DNA from: the human T2T-CHM13v2.0 reference genome, Homo sapiens
Assembly (NCBI RefSeq): GCF_009914755.1
Contig: NC_060947.1
DNA: 64,000 nucleotides
Direction: 5' to 3' (one strand)
The notes under the pieces are model-generated. The model was not told where the DNA came from and made no database searches. It worked only from the letters and a program-made list of their open reading frames with translations. A program made the position numbers and the translations under genes. Of this stretch, positions 1-13,919 are shown piece after piece. The stretch's first letter is position 1, and every line of letters begins with the position of its first letter.

Positions 1-107
1 CTTCATTTCAACTAATTACTTCAAAGAGAAAATAAGAGTAAAAATATTTATTAGTTTACTTAAAATTCTAAACGTTAGACCCCATAGACCTTAGAAATCA
101 CCTAAAG

Positions 108-271
108 CAGTAGTTCTCAAACGTTAATGTGCATAAGAATCACATGGAGATCTTTTTAAAATGCAGATTCTGGCTCAGCAAATCTGGGATGGAGCCTGAA
201 ATTCTGCATTTCTAACATGCTCCCAGAAGATGCAGATGCTGCTCATCTAATTGCACACTTGGAGTAGCAAG
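108..271. mobile_element. MER5-family (hAT-Charlie) DNA transposon fossil
   Basis: Starts cagtagttctcaaa; internal gaatcacatggag..aaaatgcagattc..tctgcatttctaacatgctccc, typical of MER5A/B. Confidence 0.75.
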
Positions 272-1002
272 ATTTTAGGGATGCAGGAAGGAACATTGTC
301 CTGCCAAGGTAATTATTTAAACAGAGGCATACCAACAGACTATTACAACCCCAAGGCAGATCAAAGATCACATTAATCTGTCGAGAGACCAAGACCCAAT
401 CTCTTCCTCTGGGAATGGCAGAGTAAAACCAATACCCATGGTAGTTTATAGCTTGTCAGATAATTCAGCAGTGATCACTATTTCTCTAGTTGTTTGCCCT
501 TGAACAAAAGCTAATCTTACACCTCAAGAGTTTAAGCCCTCACAAACTCACAGCAATATTTTTCTCCTTCAACTTGTTATTAAAAGGGGTGGGCATGACA
601 GATAAAGAACTACACCTCTGACACTTGATGACAGCAACCTTTCATATGCTTCAAAATTATTCCAACTTGAAGGAGTCCAACCCTAAGCAGCAGAATTTCA
701 GAAATACTCATTTCCTAATCATTAATCCTGACTGGAAAACAATCTTACCCAGCTATGATATTAAAAAGATATCAAACTGATACAAAGGAGCAACTTTCAG
801 GGCAACTAAAAATACGCACAGTTAAGGAGTTAAAGCACAAGCGAAGCCATACAATTCTACTTACATCTTCCAAAAAACCACTTAGTGCTGTTTTCCTCAA
901 TGAAGTGCACATTTGCCAAACAGTAAGTTATTCTACACATTTAAATGTAAATAACCGTATCAAATCCATCAAAGCAGACATCCAGGTTTAACCTGGATTG
1001 TT

Positions 1003-1180
1003 GCATTTAATCCTCCCAGCAATCCTAACATGAATATATATTATTAAATGTATTTTAGAGGTTAGGAGACTGAAGCTCAGAAATGTTAAGTAACTTACAA
1101 ATTTATATATCTAGGAAAAAAGCAAAGCTGGGATTGGAATATAGACGGTTTGACTCCAAAGCCTTGTATTCTTTTCATTA
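1003..1180 (-). mobile_element. MIR SINE
   Basis: tttaatcctc..gagactgaagctcagaaatgttaagtaactt..gctgggattggaa..tgactccaaagcc, MIR core in antisense. Confidence 0.75.
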
Positions 1181-1363
1181 TAATGAACTGCTTTCTATAA
1201 GAATGCATGATATTATCTATTACTAGTCTCTAACTATCAATTTACTGAACATAGGACATTTCTGTGAAAGAACCCAATCACTTCTCCCTTAAATTGGCTA
1301 AGGGTTTTGTTGTTTATTTCACCTAATTGATTTTGAATGAAAACTTGAGAAATCAGCCTAGGA

Positions 1364-1549
1364 CAATGGTTCTCAAAGTGTAGTCCATGAAATAGCAGTA
1401 TCAACATTACCTGGAAATATTTTGGAAATGAAAATTCTCAGGACGTACTCCAGACCTACCTCACTGAACCACTGAGGGTGGACCCAGAAATTTGTGTTTT
1501 AATAAAACCCCTAGTGATTCTGATGTATACTCAAGTTTGAGAACTCCTG
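1364..1549. mobile_element. MER5A DNA transposon fossil
   Basis: Terminal caatggttctcaaagtg ... caagtttgagaactcctg imperfect TIRs, ~186 bp. Confidence 0.8.
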
Positions 1550-2224
1550 CTTTCTAGACTATCTCCAATTTAATGCCAAGATGTAAACCAGTCATCTTAC
1601 CAGAGAGTGATAGCTTAGAAGGGGTTTATTCAATTGTTTCTCTTGATTAAAATCCAACAATGGAACAAAATTAGATATATTTTCTCAAAATAAGATCAGC
1701 CTTCATTTGAGAGAATCTCCATTCAGAGTAGTGGCTATTTGTCTCACAAACTCTCACAAAAATATCTGACCCTACTACCTTCCCCATGGAAAAAATATCC
1801 CTAAAGGGTCATGTATCAACTTTCTTTACATTTAAATGTGTAGAATAACTTACTGTTTCAAGTAATTTACTTAACTAAATAAATACTTAATTTTCTTCAT
1901 CGTGCCCTATCCCACCTATTACATCAGAGAACAAAAGTTTCTCTGTGGCTTTTGGCATCAAATTGCAACTACATGGATTGGTTTTCCAGACATAACACCC
2001 CTATTTTCTAACTTTTGATTCCTGTCCCTAACCCAGACTCTGCATTAAAACCATAATCAGATTGGTTTCATGACCAACCAGCAGAGTTATTGTCATTTTC
2101 ATGTCTTCGCCCCTGCTTATTTTGCTTTTGGCAATTCCCTTTCTTCTCTCTCTTCCTGTTGAAGCTCTGTCCTTCAAAGTTCATCTCAAACCCTATTGCC
2201 CCCTACTTTCAGGCAAATAGCTTT

Positions 2225-2699
<475 letters not shown>

Positions 2700-5029
2700 T
2701 GTATCTGGCTTATTAATAGACTTTTAAAAAAGTCTTAGCCTATATTGCTTCCTTACTTCGCTAAACCCCTAGAGCAGTTGTAGGCTATATTACACAATTT
2801 GCCACCTAATAGCATAGGGCTGTCTTATATCATGTAAAACAGAAGTCAAAAAACCTGAAGCATATAAAAACTACACTAAAGGGGGATGTCATTATTGGAT
2901 TTGAATATGGAATCCAGAAGCCTGGAAATATAACACAAAAACTTATGAACCAGGATCCCCAATTACTGGAATTTTTGAACTTTAGCACAACAAAGGTACT
3001 TTGAGAGGCAGGTATGTTAGCCTCAGGTAACATAATTTGTGAATAATAAATTACTCTCGTGTGCAGACAATTTTATTTTTAATAGAAATTAAAGAGGATT
3101 CAAGATTATCTCTATAATCACAAGAATTTCATTCACTTTCATTAAACTGTGAATTTTTGAATAGGAAAGAAAGGGTGGGGTTTCATCTTGCTTCTAACCC
3201 TGGTTACACATGTGATTGTCAGCTTCAATATTTGAGAACCATTGGCATAGAGGGCACGTCTAAAAGGATGAGTGCTTAACATAAGAGGTCAGCTTAGGAT
3301 AGCATAGCTCCCCCTGCTACTTGGACACTATCCCTCCTCTCACTGACTTAGGTGGCACAGAGGTAAGAATCAGAAGATATGGACATTAGCAAGCTCCTGA
3401 GCTGGTTCTCCTTGAAGTATCCCTAAAAGAGGACTTAGGTTGTGCTCAAGGATAAAGGCTATATATTCTGTGATGGAAAGAGAACATAAGATAGCTAGGA
3501 TGGTGTCAACTTTCCTTAGGGTTGATACTCTGAGCATGCTATTAGAAAGAGCAGCCTTCTTTTTCTGACCAAGCTCTATTTAAGTGGAGTCTAACTAGCT
3601 CCCCAAATGAGAGGTAAGTCAGGCCTCTGAGGTACTGACGCAGACTTCAGCAGCCACGGTGGGAAAGGTGGAATGGTACAAATGTCTAGGTATCTATAAA
3701 ACAGGGGCTACGAGCTGAGAATAGCAAAGCATACCTTCCAAAGGGTGACAGAGAGGATACAAAGTATTTCTAACTAGTTGTGTGGTCTTGCTTCAATAAT
3801 GTGATCTGAACTTCCCCACTTCTATCAATGAGATTCTACCTCCTCTTTTGGGTCCTGACACATGTCAATTGCAAAAATTATGTTTCTTTGTGTTTCATGA
3901 AAGGAAGTATTAGAAAGAATTAATAATAAGGCATAAGAACAACACAGCTACCAGTTGGAAACATTGGTTTTATTCTAGATTCCCGCCCCCCCCCGCCCCA
4001 CCTCCTTTATCCATCCAATACTATCAAATCTCTCTATCTCAATATCTCCTGGACTTTTCCCCTCTTCAATACTCTTTGGCCATTTACATTGCCCTAGTTT
4101 GAGCCCTCTGATCTTTGCCTAAACTTGTGCAACTGTCGCTCAAATGTTTATCTTCTTACCTCCAGTCCCATGAGCACAGACAAAAACAAAATCATCCTGG
4201 AATATTTTTAAACCATAAAACATCTATTACATGGTGTCTTGATTTCCATTTTCAAGTTTTCTTAACAAAAACCTTCAAGTAAACTCAGGAATGGAAAGGC
4301 CATTTGTAAACCTGCAAAGTGCTGCACAAATATATATTGTTCTTTTTAAGGATTGCAGGTTAAACAACATTGAGTGGGTAATGTTACAGCTACCATTGAA
4401 TCTGTAAATAAGCTGCTTTCAATAACTCTTATTTCAGATTGGCCCATTAGATATGTACAGGAACTCACAAGTACACTTTGCCAAAAACAAAAACAAAACC
4501 AAAGTATTATTAGTTGCCAAGCTCAGAGCCTGACTTAAATTTTAACCTTTCAAGATTAGCAAATTCACAAAGTATGACCCAGGGATGCACCACTTAGATA
4601 CTGTCATGATGCCTCCCCTACATCAATGCTGCATCTGCATTTGCATATGTTTATAGCTGCAAATAACCACATATAAATCCCAGCAAATATGCAACATTAT
4701 AAAAGAAAAGAACATAATTGTGTAAAAAAGGTGGGAGGTGAAAGACCAGATTTTCAGGAAGGAAGAGGTTGGGGGAGTTAATAAGGAAGACAATATCTAC
4801 TTATTTCTCTATCACAGACTGGTCTATGTCTTCCTAATGATTCCCAGTTTCAACTACATAGTTACATTTCAACATTCTGTTGAGGTTTATTATTAAATAT
4901 TCAAATAATATTAAATATTAATACTAGTAGTATTTTTGTCCTAGTTTAAAAAAACTTTTTGCATACATCATCTCACTTTGCATTCACAGTTAATAGAACT
5001 AGTTTACCTTAATACTGGTGAGGGCAAAA

Positions 5030-5210
5030 AGAGGCAACTTAGTGTAATAGAAAAAGCACAGTACTCAGAGGGGCAGTCAAGTTCTTGTTCTGCTAATCAT
5101 TGTGTAACCTTGAATGTGGAAGCAAACTCTAGACACCTGAGTTGCCTCACCTGTAAAATGGGAGAGTTGATCAGATAATATTTAAATTACTTTCAGTGCT
5201 TAAATTCTGA
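5030..5210 (+). mobile_element. MIR (MIR3/MIRc-like)
   Basis: tgtgtaaccttga..cctcacctgtaaaatggga..cttaaattctga. Confidence 0.6.
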
Positions 5211-5589
5211 TTTCATGGATCAAAAAATAATAGGTTTCAAAATCTAAACCCACACACCCACACCTGAAGTAAGTATATTTATTGTTATATCTCTCATCTC
5301 CTCAAAATAAAACTTAAGCCCTCATCCAAATAATTGAAGCATTTTGGATAGGAGAGCTTGGTTAGTCATATGAGAACAGCAATGTTACCCTACTGCATTT
5401 TCTAATCATACTCTAATATCTAGTTATTTTAGCTTTATATTTAGAAAAAAATATGGAGTCAATTAATAAGCTACCCATTACACTCTTGAAAAGCTCATAT
5501 TCCAGTATTGCAATATGTTCATATTCACATGTTAATATTACAAAAGTTCATATTCACATGTCCAATTACAAAGTTCACTCTTAGGTTGA

Positions 5590-5880
5590 ATTGAAGCCTG
5601 CTGCTTTACAACCTCTTTCTTCTGACTCTGTCATAGAACAATACAGAGTGAGTCCTTTCCCATGAGATTGCCCTTTGAATAATAGAGGACAGCTACATCT
5701 CCCAATTAGTCTTTTCTCCAGACTGAACATCCATAATTCCTTCAACCATTCTACATGTTGCATGGTTTTCAGAACACTCAGGTAACCCTCCTCAGGAAAC
5801 ACTTTGATTTGGTTATTGCTCTTTTTAAATGGGGTTACTAAGAACTGAATACAAATTCTACTAGACATGTAGCAATATTT
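5590..5880 (-). mobile_element. L3/CR1 LINE 3' relic
   Basis: Minus-strand translation EWLKELWMFSLEKRLIG resembles the CR1 ORF2 C-terminal motif ERLKELGLFSLEKRRLRG. Confidence 0.7.
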
Positions 5881-6866
5881 GATTAGTGTCTTTTGAGTCT
5901 TGGACTTTTTAAAAAATCTGATGAAAGCAATGGACATTCTTCAGAGAAAGGTATATTCAGATTTTGTATATGACCAGTGGTTACACAAAAATCCCCTGAG
6001 GTGCTTCTATGGACTCCATACTAAGAACTGCTAATCTAGAAATATCTAGAACATAGTTGGGCTACTATTTCTGATTATTTTTGCCATATTCGAGTTAAAT
6101 ACATAGTGCCATTTTGATTCTTTTAAAGGAAATAGAGGGATAAAAATAATTTGTGGTGGAAGTACTAGTAAATTAATATACATGTTCTTAGGTGTTTATA
6201 ATGAGAGATTTGTGGGAATTCAATTGTGAAATAACCTATCTTACCTATCTATATAACTAAATTTAGTTCAGAGACATGTTAGTAAACATTGTGACTCCTC
6301 CCCAAGCACCAGTTCACACGAATGCACTTATCAGTGCTAGATAACACAACAGATTATACATGTTAAACAGCAGGATAATGATTTATCCTTAGCATGAGGA
6401 GTTGTCAAGCAGTCATGCAACCTGGCACACCTCCAGCTGTCAAAAGAGGTGTTTTCTAGTATTCTAGTTTCCACTGAATAGAGTACACCAATCCTCTGTT
6501 GAACACTAAAGTTAAATTAGACATAAACACAAGCCAAATAGCAATCTGTTTAATGTTATTTATTTCCTCAGGTACAATAACATTTTTGCTATGGCTATTC
6601 ATCAATCACAGAGAAAATGTGGCTGCAGATGCTTTATTATTGATACTCTCCTACTGCTCTACTAGAACCTTTGTCAAAAAAATTAGATCAAAAATTGGAA
6701 GGAAAATTGTCAATTCCATATGAATAGTTAATTTTGGAAACCTGCCCTGCATCTCACTGTGAGATTATTGTTGAAAGCAAAGGAAAAGACCAAATAGTTG
6801 CACCACAGGAGTAATCACATGTGCCTGACCTCAAGCCTTGTTAACCTATGTTCAGTGACTTCTAAG

Positions 6867-7310
6867 TGTGTTAGATTGAATTACTGATCCTACTTATTAC
6901 TCCTGCCAATCCCCACTCCTTTGCCATGTGACTTTACAGTTCCTCCCACTAATGGCAGAGTGTACCTCCCACCCATTTACCTTGGGCTTCACCATGTGAC
7001 TTGCTTTGTCCAATGGAATGTAGGTAGAGGAGACAATGTGCCGGTTTCAAGCCTGAGCCTTAAGAGGGACCTCATGTTTTCTTGTTTTCTTTCATCTCTA
7101 CTGTCACCATGAGAAAAACATGTCCTCATTAGCTTACTGGTCCTAGACACATAGAGAAGACTCAGACCCAGCCTGCAGCTAAGAGCTGTCCAGCTGAGCC
7201 CAGCCTAGATCACCTGACACCCATCCAACTCACAGACATGTGAGAAAAATTACTGTTGTATGCCACTAATATTTGTTGCTGTTTGGCATACAGCAATAGC
7301 TGACTCTATA
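6867..7310 (+). mobile_element. MLT1-family MaLR solo LTR (MLT1H/I-like)
   Basis: ctttgccatgtgactttacagttcctccc..ccatgtgacttgctttgtccaatggaatg..cagctgagcccagcctagatca..cagcaatagctgact. Confidence 0.8.
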
Positions 7311-7379
7311 CTGACTTTTAAAGGATACAGCATACTAAAATCTTTGATTTTACAACATTTCCTTTTATCCTGTGGGATA

Positions 7380-7413
7380 AACATACACACATACACACAC
7401 ACACACACACACA
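7380..7413. repeat. (AC)n microsatellite
   Basis: Direct reading of the sequence. Confidence 0.9.
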
Positions 7414-9220
7414 TTTTTTTTTTCAACAAAAATTTTGAGTGCCTACTTTATGCCTGGCACACTGTATTAGACACAGAGTATGTCATGGTGAATGATCAAT
7501 TTATGGTTGCTTTTTGTCTATTGGTTTGAGCTTTATAACACCTCCTACTCCTTCTGACATAACTGAAAATATGGCAGGGTGTCATAAAATCAGGGCTGTA
7601 AGCATTTGACTTCATTTAGTTATAAGCAACTGATGGAATACATTACCTCTAAGAGAAATTCTTATTTTTATACATAGATATGTAATTATTTATAGCAATG
7701 CTTCATTTCTCTGACTTCATCGGGAAAAGGAAATGCTTCACATTGGTAACCTTGGTACACTTTACAGATAATGGAAGTGTGCATCTCAAGCTCAGAAATC
7801 TGAACCACATTGGAGGGAAATCATATTACCCACTTTCTTGTCACCCCAAAGGACATGGAACATAATTTACCTTTTTCTCAGCAACTCACGGCCATCATTA
7901 TGAACCACGGTTATTATGCTGTGCTGTAATACAGCACTCTCTTTCCATGTTTCTCCTTCTCCTTACTGCCAGGCTGTCAACTTTCTATTCTATTGCTGTC
8001 CCCCAACCTGACTCTAATAGTCCTCTTTTCCTACCTAGTTTGATGTATCTCAACCAGTTAAGCGATCTTAAGAAGTATGTATCAAAAAGAAGCAAAAAGA
8101 CTCAGAGTGTAGCATTATGCCCTTCTTGTGTGGAGTGCATAGTTTTTATGCATGGGCTTCATAATAACAAGCCCTGGCCTTTAAAATTATTTCTTACTAA
8201 CCTTGGGATTCAATGGTAAGTATTTGGAGAACTGAGGTTACTGGATTAAACTCTGACTTCAAATGGGGCTTTATATACCTTTCATTTTATTGTGCTTAGA
8301 AATATTTAAAGTGGTTTTTTTGGGTAAGTAATCTTACTTAATAATCACAAAACTGTTCAAATAGCCAGACCGAAAGGATCTGAGACCTAAATGGAGTCCC
8401 ATTTCAATGTACAAGCAGAGATTTTTCTGTTCTTCCCAAACACTAAGATTACAGAAAGTCAACAGTTGGAGACCCTAAAACATCATACATCATGCAGCTA
8501 TAAGCAGTTTCTCTAAAAAGTAAACACCTGAAATGAGATACGGTTATAGGTATTCAGCCATACCATCTCATAAGTGATATATAATGGGCAAAATAACATT
8601 CTGGAGTAGAAAGAGAGGCTTGATAAAAATTCTGCCTGTGTCAGGTTTGGAATTTTTAGATCAGTTGTATAGAATTTTATCTAACTAAGCAAATCAGACC
8701 AAGCTGTCCTACACTTTGCTTTACTATTAAAAAGTAATATTTGTCTTAATTCCTACTTTTCAGAATCGAATTATTATTTTTATTTGGAAAGATAAATTAA
8801 CATGAAATATTTATATTTCTATTTTCTTGGCATCACCAACAGTTATAGTGCTGAGGATTACTTCATTTCTGACTGCACACCAGACACTGTTATATCTGAT
8901 GTTCTCATTAGTTTTTCCTGTCACATTGAACACAGTGCCTGGGACATAACAGGCACTCAACAAATGTTTGACGAATCAGTGAATTTGCAAACTCATCAGA
9001 TTTGTAAATTATTTGCCTTGTTTCTTCTAGTTACAGTTATTTTAGAATCAAAAAAACAGAACTAGATTTAATAAACTTCTAGTCTATCATTTACCAAGCT
9101 ATTTGTATTAACTATGACTTCCATTATTAATTGCTTTCTGTGTTGGACATGTCCAACAATGGCATGGAGAAATGAAAGCAGACACAGGGAGAGAAAGCAA
9201 GTAGAGAAAGTAGAAGTTAC

Positions 9221-9318
9221 CTGAGGTAAAACTAATTGTTTCAAACCCACTACTTTTGGCTCCAGTTCACATAACTGTTTCTGTGCACTCTGTGACTGTA
9301 CATTGCATGTCAGCACCA
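9221..9318 (-). CDS. Candidate 98-nt exon of an unidentified minus-strand gene (VLTCNVQSQSAQKQLCELEPKVVGLKQLVLPQ)
   Basis: Acceptor ttttttattgtattctgtcag, donor CAG|gtaact, one open frame, non-repeat sequence. No homolog recognised. Confidence 0.3.
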
Positions 9319-9348
9319 CTGACAGAATACAATAAAAAATAAATTCCT

Positions 9349-9576
9349 TGTTCAATTCAACACTTGGACACAGGATGGGGAACATCACACACTGGGGCCT
9401 GTCATGGGGTGGGGGAGGGGGGAGGGATAGCATTGGGAGATATACCTAATGTAAATGACGAGTTGACGGCTGCAGCACACCAACATGGCACATGTATACA
9501 TATGTAACAAACCTGCACATTGTGCACATGTACCCTAGAACTTAAAGTATAATAAAAATAATAATTAAATAAAATA
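9349..9576 (+). mobile_element. 5'-truncated L1PA (L1PA4/5-like) 3' UTR with 10-bp 5' inversion
   Basis: L1PA 3' UTR with G-tract and gtaccctagaacttaaagtataataa; 15-bp TSD aaaaaataaattcct at 9334-9348 and 9577-9591. Confidence 0.92.
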
Positions 9577-10147
9577 AAAAAATAAATTCCTCTTGCTTCC
9601 CACCAGGTACACAGTCTATGCACATACCCAGTAAATGGTTCAAATGCCCTCACAAAAGCCTGTTCCAACTGTGGGTTCCATTTGCCCTATATGGGGTTGT
9701 GTAGAAATCATTCCCGAGAGAAGGTCTCAGCTATGGGTGGTGGAGTATTCATCTGTTTTCATCATTTTCTCTCACCGTGTTTACAAATTTATGACATAAA
9801 AACATGAAGTAGTTTGGATTATTTGTTGATATTTACCTCTTTAATCTACATAGCTCTCTGACATTTGCATATACTGTACATATTTAAATTCAGCAACCCT
9901 ATAGTCAGAGTCCTCTAACAGCTGTCTAAACATAATTCACCATAAATTCTGTATTTCCTAAAAACTCAAGAACATCTATTTTCTATTTGTCGTAGTTATT
10001 GTAATTTTAAAAAATCACATTGTGAAGCCCTTTAAAATGCTTTTCTTTTATTTATTGTTACAATAAGAGGTATAGCAGGGTAAAAAGTAAAACGTTCTCC
10101 AAATTTTCCCACTCTTCTTCCAAATTCACCTCCATTAAAAAAGGTAT

Positions 10148-10550
10148 CACTATCAAACTAAACAGCTTCTTCAAGCAAAGGAGCCAATCAATGGAGTAAA
10201 GAGACAACCTATAAAATGGGAGAAAATATTTCCAAACTATGTCTGATAAGGGGTTAATACACCAAATATATAAGGAACTCAACTCAGTAGCAAGAAAACA
10301 AATAACCCAAGTAAAAAATGGGCATAGGACCTCAACAGACACTTCTCAAAATAAGAAATACAAATGGCCAATAGGTAAATGAAAAAGTACTCAATATCAC
10401 TAATCATCAGGGAAATGCAAATCAAAACCACAGTGAGATATCACCTCACCCCAGTTAAAAGGGCACTTATTAAAAAGATGAAAAACAAGTGTTGAAAAGA
10501 TTGCAAAGAAAAAGAAATCCTTGTACACTGTTGGTGGGAATGTTAAGTTG
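10148..10550 (+). mobile_element. L1M (L1MA-like) ORF2 3' fragment
   Basis: aaatgggagaaaatattt..cactaatcatcagggaaatgcaaatcaaaaccacagtgagatatcacctcacc. Confidence 0.88.
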
Positions 10551-11349
10551 CTTCTTATATTCATCTAGACATGAGTGTCTAAATGATTTTTTTTTCATTA
10601 GCCATCTGTCCCTAAGGTTAGGTCTTATACTACTTACTTCTCTTAAGAGTCTGGAAGTTATGGTCACTGGGTCAGTAACTTTATTAGTGATCTCTTTCTG
10701 GCAGAGTTCACCACCTTGGTCGGATTGAGTAGTCATAACTCACCTTTCTTGAAACTCTCTCTAGAAATTCCAATGTCAAAGTTTGCCTGGTCTTTGCTAT
10801 CAATGTAAGTTATCTTATTCTTATGGTTTAAAGAAGAATGGAAGATATTCTGGACAAAAGGCCTTGAAGAATTGTTATATTTGGAAACATAGACCCCAAT
10901 CTCTAAAGTATTTCACTGTTTCACCTTTAAAACTGTTTCTTTTCTCCCCTAGCTGCTGGTTACAGAACAAAATGGCCACCTTACAATATATGTAAACTGC
11001 AACTCAAAATCTAGCCACTCCTTCTCCAAAATCAATGCCTTTTTCAGTATTTTAAAGATGCTTAATGACTGTTTCCTTTCCTCACTTAATAAAGAAACTG
11101 AGCCTATAATCTACATGAGAGAAGAGAGAGAAACACTAGCCCAGCCAAGCAATATGCTCACCTGATCCCTCGGGAGTATACAAAGGAGCAGCTTTTATCC
11201 AACAAGAAGAAAGGAACACCTTTACAGATGCAGGGGATTTTTATGAGAAAGGAAGTACAGTAACATACTCAGCTAATTGACATCCCTCCTCTTTTTAGTA
11301 TTTGGCAAGTTAATTACACCATTAAGGCCCAATGCTATATTTGGATTAA

Positions 11350-11470
11350 AATGCCTGACTCACTCTGTGAACTTGAACAAGTCATTTCTCTCTGGGCTCT
11401 GGTTTCCAGATCTATAAAGTGAAGTAGTTGTACTAAAAATCTCTAAAGACCCTGCCAGCTCTGACATTAT
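11350..11470 (+). mobile_element. MIR3-like fragment
   Basis: ctgtgaacttgaacaagtcatttctctctgggctc..tctctaaagaccctgccagctctgacatt. Confidence 0.6.
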
Positions 11471-12759
11471 AACAGTTCAACAACTGGGAAGATAGATCCA
11501 AAATACAGTTTGAATGATGGCCAACATCTGGACAAGGATCCCAACCTCATACTGCTAGCCTGGCATGCCCAAAATACTAATTACTATACAAAAAAGTAAG
11601 AAGCAAAATAATTTGCCCCACCAATCTATCCAGTCTTTTCTTCTCCCATAAGTCAAAATAGTCTACTCTCTGTCCTTTCAATTCTTTCACTCATTCCCAC
11701 TACCACTTCCACACCTTTCTCCATACTATTACCCTATCTGGGTAGTTCTCCTTCCTCTACCTACTCAAATTCTACCCTTCCTTCAAAGCACAGCCCAATA
11801 ATTGCTAAATTGAGTTTTTACTAATTGCTCCCAACCAGTGATATTTTCCTTCCTTGAACTCCAGTAGCTGATAATTCCTTTGTTTAATTGTCTGTTCAAA
11901 AGAGTATCTACATTTTGGCTGTGTCTTTTAAAAAGCTCTTTCTGGTTGTAATCCAAAGTGTCTCTGAAGTAAAACAAGGATTCTCATTAGCGATCAAGTG
12001 CCTTCATATTTAATGAGAAAAAGGAACAAGAAGATTTGTCTTATTCTACTCCTTAAAAACGTTAAAAGTAAATTTTACTAAAAAAATCACAGCTCTGGCT
12101 ACAGAAACTTCAATGCAAGGCTTAGAAGTGCTCTAAAGTAAAGGGACTCTGATTTTTCTGGCACTTTTTCATTATTATTATTATTATTATTAATAGTAAT
12201 GTTAGTATCAGTATCATTAAAGACTACTGTTGTTATAAACAAAGACAAGCTAGATTTTACACTGCAGAAGTGAAAGTTTTAGCAAAAGGTTTTAGAGAAG
12301 AGCATAGAGACCATTTTACCTGAGAGAGAAATCTAGAGATAGAAGGTAATGCTTTTTCTGATCAAGTGAGGAAGAAATGGAGAAAGCACTTTTGCTTTGG
12401 TAAAATAAATAATAAACTAAAACAAAGAGTTCAGTGTAATCCACTGCAAGGGTTTAAATCTTTTCCAAACAGTGACTTAGAATAGCACATTGATTTTTTA
12501 ACTCTGTTAACTACTCTTAAAGGTACAATCAAGTAGCTCAGATCAAACATTCAGCCAATATTTATTGAGCAATATCATGTGCAGGGCATTGTGCTAGATG
12601 TTATACAGGAAACAAGAGTAAAAACATGCCCAGGAATGAGTTTACACTTTAATATAGGGAACTTTTGTTTGGTGGAAGAACGGAAGGAAAGAAGGGAGGG
12701 AGGTAACAAAAGAGGGAAGGAGGGACTACCATTTGTAGGACAAAAACTTAAGAATCCTT

Positions 12760-13825
12760 GACTTTCCTCTCATCTATCATGTTTTATTTTATTTTATTTT
12801 ATTTTATTTATTTTATTTTTTGCATCTGTCCACTCCTTTTTCTAACATTTTCCCTGGCTACATTTTTCTGCCCCTCTAAGCTGTCCTATACACAACTGTC
12901 AAAGTGATCTTTCTACTTACACACCCTATGATTCAGCCACCAAAATTATTTGTGCCAGAATCACATGTCTCTGAACTTTCTCAGGCTGTTTTTGATTTTA
13001 GGCCAAGTCTTAAAGACTAATACGGGAGAACATATTACTCTTTAAGATGTGGCCAAAAATCACCTTTTAAGTGACATTTTTCCTGACACTTATGAGCAAA
13101 AATAGTCCTCCCTCTGTGATCTCATAGCACCTAGTAGATAACTGGATTAGCACTTAGCAAACTGTATAGGAATTATTTGTTTATATTCTGTCTCCCTCTT
13201 CAGACAGTTCTGTAAGTCAGGATTCGGTTGCAGGAAACAAAAACCACTCTGTGTGTAGGGTCATTGGAAATGATGGAGGAGTAGGCTGTAGGCTGGGCCT
13301 TTGTGAATGACTCCCAGAACAGCATACCCAGCTGGCCCCCTCAGAGAACCTTTGCCACAATCAGGAAATCAGAGAGTCATGAGGCCACTGTAGGAAATAT
13401 TGAGCGATAGAACACACTACTATACATATAATCCAGGAAGCATGCATAGCCACCATCATACTGCCTCTAAATCCCCACAAAGCTACTGACTAAACCCCAG
13501 AAAGCTGCTTCAGAAATGCCCACCATCTCCACAGCTGTGCTTGAGGGCAGCAACAGCTAGGCCAGTGGTATGGCCACTGCCTCATTTCTGCCTCAAAACC
13601 CCATGTCAGAGCATCTATTTGGGGGATATACCAGAAGCCTAGCTATAAGAGACTCTGGATTTTTAGCTTTCAAAACTTGGCAATATAGAAATGCACACCA
13701 GAAGGAGGTAGTAGTAGATGCTGAGTGCCAATCTACCACCATACATACCACATATCTTTAGCACCTGGAAATAGTTCCTGGTCCATAAAATGTATTTGAT
13801 AAACACTTGCTGAATTCATGAATTC
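12760..13825 (+). mobile_element. L2 LINE fragments interrupted by an old MLT1-like LTR (~13211-13750); (TTTTA)n at 12782-12820
   Basis: L2 motifs (aaagtgatctttct; 3' end gcacctggaaatagttcctgg..cacttgctgaattcatgaat) flank tgtaagtcaggattcggttgcaggaaacaaaaaccactct, an MLT1-like terminus. Confidence 0.55.
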
Positions 13826-13919
13826 TGAATATAAGAGTACCATGAAGGTGTTGGTAATTTTTTACACTGTCAGTTTCCTGCTTCCTCTCTTTCTGATTGT
13901 GAAAATTATCCATTTTAGA

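Larger units (their letters stand above)
918..1858. repeat. Perfect 34-bp inverted repeat (arms 918-951 and 1825-1858)
   Basis: aaacagtaagttattctacacatttaaatgtaaa at 918-951 is the exact reverse complement of tttacatttaaatgtgtagaataacttactgttt at 1825-1858. Confidence 0.95.

Noticed and set aside
5490-5577. Degenerate ~27-bp tandem repeat (gttcatattcacatgt..)
   Set aside because: Two to three imperfect copies; ordinary slippage.
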